Below are positions 17,709-29,535 of a DNA stretch of 64,000 bases, piece after piece (position 1 is the first letter of the stretch; the number at the start of each line of letters is the position of its first letter). The position numbers and the translations under genes are program-made. The stretch comes from a virus: positions 1 through 64,000 of the IMG/VR virus record IMGVR_UViG_3300037493_003260; one strand, given 5' to 3'. Below the pieces are notes generated by a model, which ran no database searches, was not told where the DNA came from, and saw nothing but the letters and a program-made list of their open reading frames with translations.

Positions 17709-18290
17709 TTAATCTCCGTCCAATGTGTAATGCCCTAGACTATCCACAGTCATTGTGTGAACTTCTGAGATTACACCAGTTTTTCTAAATTCAACTAAAT
17801 AGATTCCCGCAGATAAGAAGAATGTTGCTTTACCATCAGATGCTGTTTGACCAGAGGCAATGATAACCGAAGGATTGTTTTTATCATAAACACTGATGGT
17901 AGCGTCAGGAATAGGCTGCATGGTGGCCGAGTTCTCAACTACGAGAACAATTTCAAATTCGCCAGTTCCAGAGCAGGTATTCACGGGAATAACTCGAAAT
18001 TCTTCGGTAGTGACAGTATCTATTCCGTCAAACACTGTCTTAAAAGTGGTCAAATATTTGGTATATGAGGCTAGCAAAGGAATCGTATATTTATGGTACC
18101 AGCGATTGCTAGACCCTAGTTGTGTCATTGCTATAGGGGCTAAGTCAATTATTTCGCCGCCACCATTCACATGTGTAATTTCCACTGTGGGTACTGAATA
18201 GCGTGAAATATCTGGTATTGTATTGGATAAACTCAATACTGTAAGCATTACAGTATTTAAATCTCCTCGGTTAAAAACAAAGTCACTCAT
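17709..18290 (-). CDS. Virion protein with Ig-like / carboxypeptidase-regulatory-like domain
   Basis: QPIPDATISVY..GQTASDGKATF.L.AG.Y.VEFRK.G. Confidence 0.65.
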   Translation of the reverse strand: MSDFVFNRGDLNTVMLTVLSLSNTIPDISRYSVPTVEITHVNGGGEIIDLAPIAMTQLGSSNRWYHKYTIPLLASYTKYLTTFKTVFDGIDTVTTEEFRVIPVNTCSGTGEFEIVLVVENSATMQPIPDATISVYDKNNPSVIIASGQTASDGKATFFLSAGIYLVEFRKTGVISEVHTMTVDSLGHYTLDGD

Positions 18291-18337
18291 AATGTGCTAT
18301 CCTTTTAGTTTTGTCCAGATTTTTTTTTAAAATTAGT

Positions 18338-19018
18338 TTAAGCAAGCCCAGATACACTTTTAATTGATGCTACGGGAATTCCTGATATACTTTTGATGGA
18401 ATCATAAGGTACCCCCGACACTGATTTTATGTCAGTAACTGGTGGCTTTAATGCCATATGAAAACTATGCCAAGAATTGTTGACGGCGAATGTGCCTGTT
18501 TGGTTTCCAGTTGCACCCGCTGTGGTGTAGATTTTGTTACATTCTGAACCATCACCATGCAAGGTGTAACCTGTGGGGGCTGTCATACCCCCAATAGTAG
18601 ATACATTAAGAAATATGACTAAGGCATTATTAGTGGCTGTTGTGATACTCAAAGCCACACATGCTTTATTACTATGTCCATGATTTGATGCCGCCGTACA
18701 GTCATTTGGGTTACCACTGCTAATGGCACCTGAATATGCATTAACTGTTGCAAGCCTAGTAGCTGAGTTATGAGTCCAAGTCCAGCTTGAACCTTCAGAA
18801 GAGGCTCTCTTCCAATATACACGGGCCTTTGCAGCCCAAGTTTCAAAAGGACTGCCACTGTATTCGGTCCATCCTGAAGGGGCGGTTACGGTAACGTCAC
18901 TGATATAAAAATATGCTACGAGAATATCTCCATCGACTACTCCAGCGGGTTTATTTATTGTTGTATTTACACCTGTTGCGTATGCAAACTTTGTCTGTGA
19001 CCTGTATGCTACTGCCAT
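18338..19018 (-). CDS. Putative fibre-tip/receptor-binding protein with C-terminal IKSxSG repeats
   Basis: KPAGVVDGDILVA..TAPSGWT..VYWKRA beta domain; 3x IKS[VI]SG at 11-aa spacing. Confidence 0.65.
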   Translation of the reverse strand: MAVAYRSQTKFAYATGVNTTINKPAGVVDGDILVAYFYISDVTVTAPSGWTEYSGSPFETWAAKARVYWKRASSEGSSWTWTHNSATRLATVNAYSGAISSGNPNDCTAASNHGHSNKACVALSITTATNNALVIFLNVSTIGGMTAPTGYTLHGDGSECNKIYTTAGATGNQTGTFAVNNSWHSFHMALKPPVTDIKSVSGVPYDSIKSISGIPVASIKSVSGLA

Positions 19019-19020
19019 GG

Positions 19021-20703
<1,683 letters not shown>

Positions 20704-20716
20704 TTATAGCCCCTTT

Positions 20717-21844
20717 TTAAACCTGTTTTTTATTAAGCCAATCTAATTCTGTGCGTTCAGGATGAAGTGCATACCAACCAGTAACTTTATCCATATGTAA
20801 ATTATGAAGCATGTTAAAGTACTCGTTATACATCAAGGCTATACGCTCTTTTGAATGGTTCTGTTCTGCCCACTCACGGCAATCAGAGGGTTTGATATTG
20901 CCAATGTTTTTGGCAGCCCATACGAATTGCTCCAGCGTTCTGCAACGATAGCCCACTTTGCCGTGTGGCACAATTTCAGGGAAAGCCCCAAAGTCTGTAG
21001 TAATCACAGGGGTCCCAGACAATAAAGATTCCATCACTGTACTTCCGAAAGGTTCTACATAAAGTGATGGAATAAACGTTGCCTTTGCTCGACTCATCCA
21101 TTTGGCCCGTTCCTCAATGCTGATAGCACCAATATGGGTCATGCACGGACTGGTAAACGGGGGTGTCCCCTGGCCAGCAACTACCAGTTTGGCACCGAGT
21201 GCCTCACAAGTTTTAATGGCCACTTCCAATCCTTTTAAAGGAGTAGGCCGAGCGATAAAGAAAAAGAAGTTCTCTTTTTTGTCATTGTAAATAAAGTCGT
21301 TTAAATCATAGTATGCAGGAATCACACAGTCATATATAGAAGGGGCCAAATCTTTGCCCTCGGACCCGTAATTCAAATGCATCCATGCATAGCTTTCAAA
21401 TATTCTGAACGGTGCAAACGAATGTTTGTAGCCAATCCCTAGCTCCGTAACGATAAGTGGCTTTACTCCATCGGCAATCGGCTTATGCTGAATTCCAAAA
21501 CTGCACAGCAAAAAGTCCCCAGGCTGTTTTCTTTTATTTATTTCGACGATAGCCCTCCTGACAAATTCTCTATCAGAGGCCGTGTTATGGTCAGTTATAA
21601 ATCCATCTTTTTTCCAGTCATAGCATCCATGCACACTATCAAAGGTTTCGTTACTGAGGACCTCAACGTTCTCCGTACAAACAGGGTCGGAGCCTTCAGT
21701 ACCATAATGATATACAGAATGCCCTTGTTCTACAAGTAATTTACAGAGAACTCTGACTTTCTGTGTAAAGGCCTCGCAACTGTATTCTTTTGTTGTTTTT
21801 GCGTGTGAAAGTCCTAATATGTGAAACCTGAATTTCTTTTCCAT
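20717..21844 (-). CDS. Glycosyltransferase (GT-B fold, GT4-like)
   Basis: R..PLKG, and YVEPFGSTVMESLLSGTPVITTDFGAFPEIV (E-X7-E motif). Confidence 0.9.
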   Translation of the reverse strand: MEKKFRFHILGLSHAKTTKEYSCEAFTQKVRVLCKLLVEQGHSVYHYGTEGSDPVCTENVEVLSNETFDSVHGCYDWKKDGFITDHNTASDREFVRRAIVEINKRKQPGDFLLCSFGIQHKPIADGVKPLIVTELGIGYKHSFAPFRIFESYAWMHLNYGSEGKDLAPSIYDCVIPAYYDLNDFIYNDKKENFFFFIARPTPLKGLEVAIKTCEALGAKLVVAGQGTPPFTSPCMTHIGAISIEERAKWMSRAKATFIPSLYVEPFGSTVMESLLSGTPVITTDFGAFPEIVPHGKVGYRCRTLEQFVWAAKNIGNIKPSDCREWAEQNHSKERIALMYNEYFNMLHNLHMDKVTGWYALHPERTELDWLNKKQV

Positions 21845-21868
21845 GCATACCTCCCGAAGGTATTGTGA

Positions 21869-21900
21869 TGGAGCAGGAGAGTTTTAGCTCTCCTGCTCCA
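21869..21900. other. Perfect 13-bp stem-loop between collagen gene and glycosyltransferase
   Basis: TGGAGCAGGAGAG-6 nt-CTCTCCTGCTCCA; no U tract on the minus strand. Confidence 0.7.
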
Positions 21901-21917
21901 GTAAATCTTTTAGCTAC

Positions 21918-23033
<1,116 letters not shown>

Positions 23034-23066
23034 TTGTTTCTCACTTCCTTTTAAAAGAATTTTGTT

Positions 23067-23315
23067 TTAGCTGCGTTGATATGTCATCAGCACAATATCA
23101 GAGTCGGTTCCCCCCAGAGGGGGATTAGCAAATTGAATTGTACGATTATCTATTTCAGTATAATCTTCTGGGCCAGATAGCTCCAACCCGTTTAAATAAA
23201 CTGCAAGAGTTCCTGCTATGAAAGGGTAGGTTGAACGAAATGTGACGTTAATACCGTTGATTATCCCCAAGGCTGGTTCTTTTTGTAAAACAAGGCCCCC
23301 ACGTAATACTGCCAT
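23067..23315 (-). CDS. Small virion beta-domain protein
   Basis: AVYLNGL..G.DYT..I.F..P, paralogous to the C domain of 21918..23033. Confidence 0.75.
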   Translation of the reverse strand: MAVLRGGLVLQKEPALGIINGINVTFRSTYPFIAGTLAVYLNGLELSGPEDYTEIDNRTIQFANPPLGGTDSDIVLMTYQRS

Positions 23316-23325
23316 TGTTGACTCC

Positions 23326-24162
23326 TTAGACCCTTATCCGTCGATAGGAAGCCAATGCCATCTTGGCTCCTTCTTGATAAGCTTTAATATGGCCTGCGTA
23401 TGGCTGGTCTCCGTAGGACCGAGGAATTTGACCCAGTGTCAACGAGGTAGCCCCAGCTCCCATAAATTGTCCTTTGGTAGCCAAAACTGCTGCAGCTACA
23501 AACTGTGCGCAAGCACTCCGAATTTCTTGTGGAAGAGCCACTTGACTGGCATATCCATAATCGTAGGAGATTTCAATATTGCCGTAGCCTCGAAGCCATG
23601 TGTAATTCCAGAACGGAATCCCTTGATTTTCAAGATAAAGGATTCGTGGAGGAATCGACAGAATACCCAATCGACAATTGACAAATAAATCAGATGATTC
23701 GTATTGTGTAGCACTTGCACTGAAAGTTCCTGTGGGAGTCACTCCAATTAAATCTGCGGGAACAGGTGACCCCGCTGCAAAAGTATACGGGGGCAAAGAA
23801 CTTGGGGTGAGCGGGGATACCCCACCGTATTCGCCCATTTTATTGCCAGTCTGGTCTATGTTATTGATATGAAACCAGCGTTTAAATTCAAACCACTGCA
23901 TGGACGGAATGATACGCAAAACACATTTACGCACAAAGGAAATAGGTCGGTGATTCAAAATGAGTTCAACCGCACCAGAACCATCTAGATGCTCGGTGAC
24001 AGTTGTTGAGTCCAGGTTTTCGCCAATGTACGTATCCACTTGGCGTTTAGCCCACGGAATGTAATTTTGCTCAATCATAAGGTCCAGGGACGGAGGCATG
24101 TCACTAACGTCCATACCCGCGAGCCACTGGAATACTTCATTTTTTGTACAGTATTGAAACAT
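23326..24162 (-). CDS. Putative head-tail adaptor (gp6/gp15-like)
   Basis: N-terminal YCT..EV, VDTYIG, Y.YGY..LPQEIRSA, C-terminal LASYRR; first gene after capsid. Confidence 0.7.
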   Translation of the reverse strand: MFQYCTKNEVFQWLAGMDVSDMPPSLDLMIEQNYIPWAKRQVDTYIGENLDSTTVTEHLDGSGAVELILNHRPISFVRKCVLRIIPSMQWFEFKRWFHINNIDQTGNKMGEYGGVSPLTPSSLPPYTFAAGSPVPADLIGVTPTGTFSASATQYESSDLFVNCRLGILSIPPRILYLENQGIPFWNYTWLRGYGNIEISYDYGYASQVALPQEIRSACAQFVAAAVLATKGQFMGAGATSLTLGQIPRSYGDQPYAGHIKAYQEGAKMALASYRRIRV

Positions 24163-24215
24163 AGAATTGGGGGTCCTTAAACTTGGGTCTTTGGGATTAT
24201 CTTACCTGATATACT

Positions 24216-24245
24216 ATTATAGCACGAATGGTAGGGGTTTGACAA
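24216..24245 (-). promoter_or_regulatory. Sigma70-type promoter
   Basis: TTGTCA-18 bp-TATAAT with extended -10 TG, right after the capsid terminator. Confidence 0.7.
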
Positions 24246-24249
24246 CAGT

Positions 24250-24300
24250 AAAAAGTTGACTAGGTGCCCAAAGATTCCTACTTTGGGCACCATTGTCAAT
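24250..24300 (-). terminator. Rho-independent terminator after major capsid gene
   Basis: TTGAC..GGTGCCCAAAG / CTTTGGGCACC..GTCAA followed by CTTTTT. Confidence 0.8.
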
Positions 24301-24327
24301 TTTTGGACGATTACGATACCACAGCGG

Positions 24328-26514
24328 TTAGGCTGCGATATTGATAATCCTGCCTTGGAACGCTTCGCAGGTCATTTGAAGTACCGAGAATTCGGCAATC
24401 AAAGTCCTGTAAGCAGACTGAAGCAACGCAAGGTCGATAGCTGACAACGGCATGAGGTCAACCATCTGCACTGCGTTACCGTCTTCCAACACTGTTTTGT
24501 CGTCGATGACGAGGGCAAAAGAATCACCATGAACGTCTTCCACAATATAGCGAGAGCCGATAATATCGACCAAGCCAAACGGGGAAAGCCATTTGGTAAT
24601 ACTGATACCAGCGGGAATATCCGCCATCGTACCAGCTCCTGCCTGGAACAGCTTGTAATAGCTGGACATCACCAGTTCGGAAATCTTCTGCAACTCACGA
24701 TAACCAACAACAACAGCTTGAGGCTTCCCACCCTTGTTCACGATTTTCTTGCAAACTGCAGTTAAATCGGAAAGAGCTAAGGGCTGATTAACGCCGCCAA
24801 CTTTGCAGTCTTGAACGTTCGTCACAATCTGTTTGTTAAGACCATCGAACTGAAGCGGAGAGACCGAAGAATCGCCGTTGATAATGGCCCATTCTTCAAT
24901 CAACGCTACGTTCAACATCTTGGTCTTAATTTGGTGCTTCTTAATATCCGTGTACGTCCCGCCAGCCATTTGTTCAAAGAACGAAACGGTAGCAAGGTCG
25001 CCCACACTGACATAAGGAGCCGATTTGTAAACGTAAGACGGCTGAGTAGCAGTCGGAAGCCCACCTTTGGCAAAAAAAGCATCCTCAGGGGCAGTTCCAC
25101 CAAGGAACAGATGACCAGCAGACTGTGCGCCTGCGGAAATGGTCGGAATTAGCTGGTACCAAGCATGCACTAATGTTACGCAATCTTTCGATTGGGATTG
25201 CTATTTCTAGCAACCTCTCATAGTTACCTATGAGGTCGGACTATATCATCACTATACTAGTGTTCGGCGTGTAGTCTCTACGGATTCTACTAGGTATTCT
25301 TAGTAGCCTTTCCTCGGTATTGTCCTTTGCAGGAGGTTCACCGATATAGCCAAATTTTACAAGGCCCATTGTGTTAAGCCTTGCCGTTCCCTTGAATCCG
25401 ATTGAGTCGGTTTCGGAGCGGAGTGTCCGTTGGTGCCATAATCGCCCAAATAAGATTTCTCTTATGGGATTGTTACACTGTAAATTAGCCAGCGGTTAGG
25501 GCATTTCTGCCTAACTCTGCATGTCACCATGCAGTTCGGACTATATCTTCAATTTAAGATTCGTCATGCACTAGGTTTGCGAATGTTGTTAATTTGATTA
25601 CTATATCCGCTAAGCCTTCTTAAATGTGTGGCGTTGAGTCTCTGAGGGAGTAAGTTGATACATTCATCTAAACGGTCTGATTTTCGTTTGATTGAAAATC
25701 GACACCCAGCTCTAATGAAAGAAGCTACGTTGAACCTGTAGTGGACAACTGGCTTAATACTACCTGCAAAGCCACCCTTACAGATTAACGGTTTGGGCCA
25801 AACTGAAACTCCAAGGGAAGTTAAAAGCTTGTTGTATTGAGCAAGTAAATCTGTGTCTGTTGAACAATAGCCTATTTGATGTCTATAGGTATCAAAGTGC
25901 TTCTGTTTAGACTTGCTAATATAACCGTCTCCATCTATAAAGCCAGTGATTAACTTATGCTTTACAATTGGAAGTGCTTCCCAGGTTTCGTCTGGTAAAG
26001 ATGACCCATTTTTCGTTGCCAGCAGTACCCATCGGCAGAGTTCGTCACACCGTACAAAAACGTTGTAAAGGAGCTTTCTAGTGCCCCGTTGCTGTTCAGA
26101 AATAGTAACCTTTCTGCCCAGTAATTTTTGTAAAGTAATTGCGACGGACTCAGCAAAGTCTTTATCGGTAACAGATAAACAAAATCTATAACAGTTATCT
26201 TGTGTAAGATTAATGCATCCATCACTGAAATAAACACCTATGAGATATGCTGTGTTTGAGTCAAGTTTAAATTGTATCATTTTACCTTTCCTGCTGATTG
26301 TCTTCTATACTCTATTATACCATATTTTTACACTTTGGTAATGGTATATTTATCAGAAGATGTTCCAGCAAATAGCCACATTATGAGACAGCGATTAACC
26401 TATCTCAGCTTGGAGGTCCTCACGAACCAACATCAAGCCGTCAACTGGAGTGGAACTAATAGCCTTCTGAATATCTTGAAGTGCTTGTTCTACGAGTTGA
26501 GCATTGTATGACAT
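24328..26514 (-). CDS. Major capsid protein, three exons: 26514-26402, 25446-25377, 25167-24328 (340 aa spliced)
   Basis: ATG 26514 with AAGGAG SD; 113+70+840 = 1023 nt in frame: MSYNAQ..LVREDLQAE-M-AIMAPTDTPLRNRLNRIQGNGKA-HAWYQL; EEWAIINGD..FDGL HK97-fold pattern. Confidence 0.92.
25168..25376 (-). mobile_element. Group I intron 2 of capsid gene (209 nt, no ORF)
   Basis: P1 AAGGCU/GGCCUU with U.G at the splice site; P10 AUG/CAU; R GUAGAGACUACACG; S GAUGAUAUAGUCC; terminal G. Confidence 0.92.
25564..26280 (-). CDS. Intron-encoded two-motif LAGLIDADG homing endonuclease
   Basis: YLIGVYFSDG and LITGFIDGDG. Confidence 0.9.
   Translation of the reverse strand: MIQFKLDSNTAYLIGVYFSDGCINLTQDNCYRFCLSVTDKDFAESVAITLQKLLGRKVTISEQQRGTRKLLYNVFVRCDELCRWVLLATKNGSSLPDETWEALPIVKHKLITGFIDGDGYISKSKQKHFDTYRHQIGYCSTDTDLLAQYNKLLTSLGVSVWPKPLICKGGFAGSIKPVVHYRFNVASFIRAGCRFSIKRKSDRLDECINLLPQRLNATHLRRLSGYSNQINNIRKPSA
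26314..26341 (-). promoter_or_regulatory. Putative intron-internal promoter for the endonuclease
   Basis: Extended -10 TGgTATAAT about 35 nt upstream of the ATG; weak -35 TTACCA. Confidence 0.55.
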
Positions 26515-26552
26515 GTAAATAATCTCCTTTCTTTTAGTATTTTTTGGAGCAC

Positions 26553-27443
26553 TTACAGTGCTTTACCGAATTTTGAGTCCATGCTCTTATTCAGAACATC
26601 TTCACGAACCTTCTCCTGCTCGGCAGTTAAAGGTTTGCCTGACTGCACCCACTTTAGCACTTCTGCTCGTTGATTCTGGAATTGGGAATCATCGTTGTCG
26701 GTACTGTCCGCATTCTTCTCGATTATGCGCTTTCTAGGCATCGGCTTTTTCAAAAGCTCTGTTACCGCGTCGAAACGTTTTCTCAACGTCTCCAATTCAT
26801 TCGTGACCTTTGTTAAGGATTCTTTTTCTTCCTTAGCATCAGCCAATTTCTTTGCTTCTAATTCAGCAAGTTCTCTTTTCTTCTTTTCTTCTTCTGTTTC
26901 AACGACTTCTTCTTTAGATTCAGCTGCTTCTTTAGCAGGTGTTTCAACAGCTTCCTCTTTTGGGTCTTCCTTCTTGGCCTCAATTGCAGCAGCCAATTCA
27001 GCAGGAATAGCCTTGACAACCTCGGTTGCTTCATGTGTCTTAGCCTCTGGCATCACTTCTGCAACAGCCTTTGGTGCTTCAGGAGCACTCGGAGCAACAG
27101 CAGCAGCCTCTACGGGATTACTTGTAGCAGGTAGCACTGTTCCTGTTGGTGCTTCAGGCTGAATGCTTCCAACGCTTACTACAGGAGATGCAACTACAGC
27201 AGATGCCTCAACAGCGGACGGCTTAACTTCTGGCGCATCAGTAATATTACCTGTTGCAGCCCCTGCCATGGCTTTTTCGGTAGAGCTTTCACCCAGCGCG
27301 GGTGTTGCACTTGCGTTCTCTGGAGTTGCTTTAGCCCCTGGAACAGGCCTATAAGCACCTTCAAAAGCTTTTTCAAGAGCTTCGACCTTCTTCACCAAAG
27401 TCTCGATTACTGCACTAAATTTAATCATATCTTCCGTCGTCAT
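26553..27443 (-). CDS. Nested in-frame scaffolding protein (296 aa)
   Basis: GAGGAGG SD upstream of internal ATG (MTTEDM); A/E/K/P-rich, coiled coil. Confidence 0.75.
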   Translation of the reverse strand: MTTEDMIKFSAVIETLVKKVEALEKAFEGAYRPVPGAKATPENASATPALGESSTEKAMAGAATGNITDAPEVKPSAVEASAVVASPVVSVGSIQPEAPTGTVLPATSNPVEAAAVAPSAPEAPKAVAEVMPEAKTHEATEVVKAIPAELAAAIEAKKEDPKEEAVETPAKEAAESKEEVVETEEEKKKRELAELEAKKLADAKEEKESLTKVTNELETLRKRFDAVTELLKKPMPRKRIIEKNADSTDNDDSQFQNQRAEVLKWVQSGKPLTAEQEKVREDVLNKSMDSKFGKAL

Positions 27444-28295
27444 TTCGTTTATTCCTCCTCGGTTTGAAACGTTATGAGTTTGATAAGCAGTGCCAAGTAT
27501 AGCTTGCGCCTTCTTGTGAACAGCCTCAACTTCATCTGGAGTTAAGTTATATTTCTCCATTATTGCCAGTGCCGTTACGGCATGGACCTTATCGGACATA
27601 GGAAGCAGACGCTCTTTGATAAGCATGTCGTCTTTCTTGTACTTGCGAATGACCCCATAGCTGGAGTCTGCAAGCTGGTCAAGTTCTTCCCTGTCCAAAA
27701 CTTTTCTGGTTAAAGAATCCACTTTATCACGGTGGCTATGAATCTCAGCCATTAGCGGGTCCTCAGCCTCTGTAATAACAAGCCTATTAGAGTCCTCGAC
27801 GATTGCCGTTTGAAACGGTACTCCGTCAATGGACTTAACCAACTCAAAAGAGCATCCAGCGTTTGCTGGATTGTCTACAAGGGACAACTCATTCAAGCGG
27901 TATTTTGTGATACGGGTAACAGTGCGAGAACCGCCTGTTGCCAAGTCCTTTACAATCTGGACATTCTTGTGAACAGTCTGCCCACCAATAGAAAATCCAG
28001 TCAGTGTTCCATCCTTGACTTTCTGCCAGGTGTCTTCTGCGCCCTTGGAAATGTAAGCTTCGACCCACATCTTTTTGCTGTCATCATCAGGAATAATTTC
28101 CACAGCTTTGCCAACGGCTTTGGGTTCATGCATCTCTCGGATGTTTTTGCCCCAATTGGAAAAAGCTTCCTTACTGCCAGCATAGTCAACTATCTCGCCC
28201 TGCTTGTCCACAGATTCCGTGGTCGCCCATCCCGCCACAGTGCGCTTTTCCTCGTTTATTTTTGAAATCGGACAGTACAAATTAAAATCATTCAT
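26553..28295 (-). CDS. Prohead maturation protease (S78/XkdF-like) fused to scaffold
   Basis: Start reset to MNDFNLY after AGGAGG; VDKQGEIV, IREMH, LTGFSIGG, ELSLVDNPAN. Confidence 0.9.
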   Translation of the reverse strand: MNDFNLYCPISKINEEKRTVAGWATTESVDKQGEIVDYAGSKEAFSNWGKNIREMHEPKAVGKAVEIIPDDDSKKMWVEAYISKGAEDTWQKVKDGTLTGFSIGGQTVHKNVQIVKDLATGGSRTVTRITKYRLNELSLVDNPANAGCSFELVKSIDGVPFQTAIVEDSNRLVITEAEDPLMAEIHSHRDKVDSLTRKVLDREELDQLADSSYGVIRKYKKDDMLIKERLLPMSDKVHAVTALAIMEKYNLTPDEVEAVHKKAQAILGTAYQTHNVSNRGGINEMTTEDMIKFSAVIETLVKKVEALEKAFEGAYRPVPGAKATPENASATPALGESSTEKAMAGAATGNITDAPEVKPSAVEASAVVASPVVSVGSIQPEAPTGTVLPATSNPVEAAAVAPSAPEAPKAVAEVMPEAKTHEATEVVKAIPAELAAAIEAKKEDPKEEAVETPAKEAAESKEEVVETEEEKKKRELAELEAKKLADAKEEKESLTKVTNELETLRKRFDAVTELLKKPMPRKRIIEKNADSTDNDDSQFQNQRAEVLKWVQSGKPLTAEQEKVREDVLNKSMDSKFGKAL

Positions 28296-28329
28296 GCTAA
28301 GTTTCCTCCTCGGAATCTTTGTTTTATTT

Positions 28330-28611
28330 TTATTTACATCTACTGCAAAGCCATTTGCCATTTTGGTAAGTGGCCTTTGAAACTTGTTGATTGCATTTGT
28401 TACAGATGAGTGCTTTTTTCTCACCGATACCTGAGAAACCTGTAAGCCTCTCACCGTTATTCTTCAAATTTTTAAAGGCGTTGAACTTACGAGAATCGTC
28501 AATTTTACAAGTAAACGCATCCCCGCTTTCGTGTTCAACAACAAATTCGTGAGAACCTGTTCGGGTCATGCTCTTGACTGTATGCCCGTCGTCTACTTTC
28601 TTTTTAGTCAT
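28330..28611 (-). CDS. Small zinc-finger protein
   Basis: CNKC..CSRC; GGAG SD. Confidence 0.7.
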   Translation of the reverse strand: MTKKKVDDGHTVKSMTRTGSHEFVVEHESGDAFTCKIDDSRKFNAFKNLKNNGERLTGFSGIGEKKALICNKCNQQVSKATYQNGKWLCSRCK

Positions 28612-28623
28612 TATCCGTTTCTC

Positions 28624-29535
28624 CTAGGGTGCTACAATCTGGTCGCCATAGCGTAAATCACAACGACATCTCGAAAGACAATTTTGATTTCCGTACTCAG
28701 CTAAAAATTCATCTAGCGTAAACCATTTGCCTGAGTTTGCCTCGCAACCGTCGCAAACTTCGCCACCCTTTCCTTCGTCTGGGTGTATGCTCCAAATGCC
28801 ACCTTTAATTACTCTGTGCCCCTCGGAGGGCTTTGCTTCTTTTAGTGCTCCAATTGTTCCTGCCACTGCAGCTCCAACAATGGCTGCTGCATACATGAGT
28901 GCTCGGCTAAGCTTTGGAGTCTTGACACTGTTGTCGATTGCTTCCATGAGTGCATCATGGGTAGGATACTCTTGGTCTAAAACTTCATCCAGTCCATCGT
29001 TAATGTCATTTCCAAAGCCAGTAAGATACTCAGCGTTATCACTCAACAAGTCTTCGACTTCGGCATCGTTTTCAGGAGTAGTATCCGAATCGACCTCTTG
29101 CCCACTGATGACCTGCCCCCGCATTTTACCAGTTTCATAAGCGGCATAATACGGTTTCTCGGCTGCGTCAGCCAACGAAACCAGCAAACCTGCTACGGCC
29201 CCGTGAACTTTGCTTTTTTGTTCATCAGAGGCTTTGTAAGTTTCCTCTTTAGCAATATCTTGCAAGGCTTCTTTGACATCCTTAAAAGACCGATTCCAAA
29301 CCCGTGTAATTTTTCGTTCGTACGCTGCAATGATTTTGTTGAGTTTCCTAGTTACTTTTGGTTCAATAGCATCCCGTTTAAAAATAAGTTTAGGGTCACC
29401 ATTAAACTCGACTGCCGAAACTTTAGGGTACGATTCAGGAGACGTAATAAAAGTCACGCTATCATTATAGTGCAATCTGGCTTCCTTAATATCCATCGGC
29501 TTATCGAATTTAAGAATCATTAAGTTACACCTCAA
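28624..29535 (-). CDS. MuF-like head morphogenesis protein
   Basis: Helical body, C-terminal VCDGC..G.WF..CLSRCRC, between portal and protease. Confidence 0.75.
   Translation of the reverse strand: MRCNLMILKFDKPMDIKEARLHYNDSVTFITSPESYPKVSAVEFNGDPKLIFKRDAIEPKVTRKLNKIIAAYERKITRVWNRSFKDVKEALQDIAKEETYKASDEQKSKVHGAVAGLLVSLADAAEKPYYAAYETGKMRGQVISGQEVDSDTTPENDAEVEDLLSDNAEYLTGFGNDINDGLDEVLDQEYPTHDALMEAIDNSVKTPKLSRALMYAAAIVGAAVAGTIGALKEAKPSEGHRVIKGGIWSIHPDEGKGGEVCDGCEANSGKWFTLDEFLAEYGNQNCLSRCRCDLRYGDQIVAP

Larger units (their letters stand above)
25447..26401 (-). mobile_element. Group I intron 1 of capsid gene (955 nt, with homing endonuclease)
   Basis: P1 UGAGAU/GUCUCA with U.G; P10 AAUCGCU/GGCGAUU; P UGCUGGAA, Q AAUCAGCAGG, R CAGAGACU, S GAAGAUAUAGUCC; terminal G. 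Confidence 0.92.

Noticed and set aside
24328-25170. 280-aa capsid protein starting at GTG 25170
   Set aside because: The GTG is the last three bases of intron 2, has no SD, and the true N-terminus lies in exons 1 and 2
26395-26514. Stop-codon reassignment explaining the broken capsid gene
   Set aside because: Introns explain it exactly, and all other genes tile normally under the standard code using all three stops
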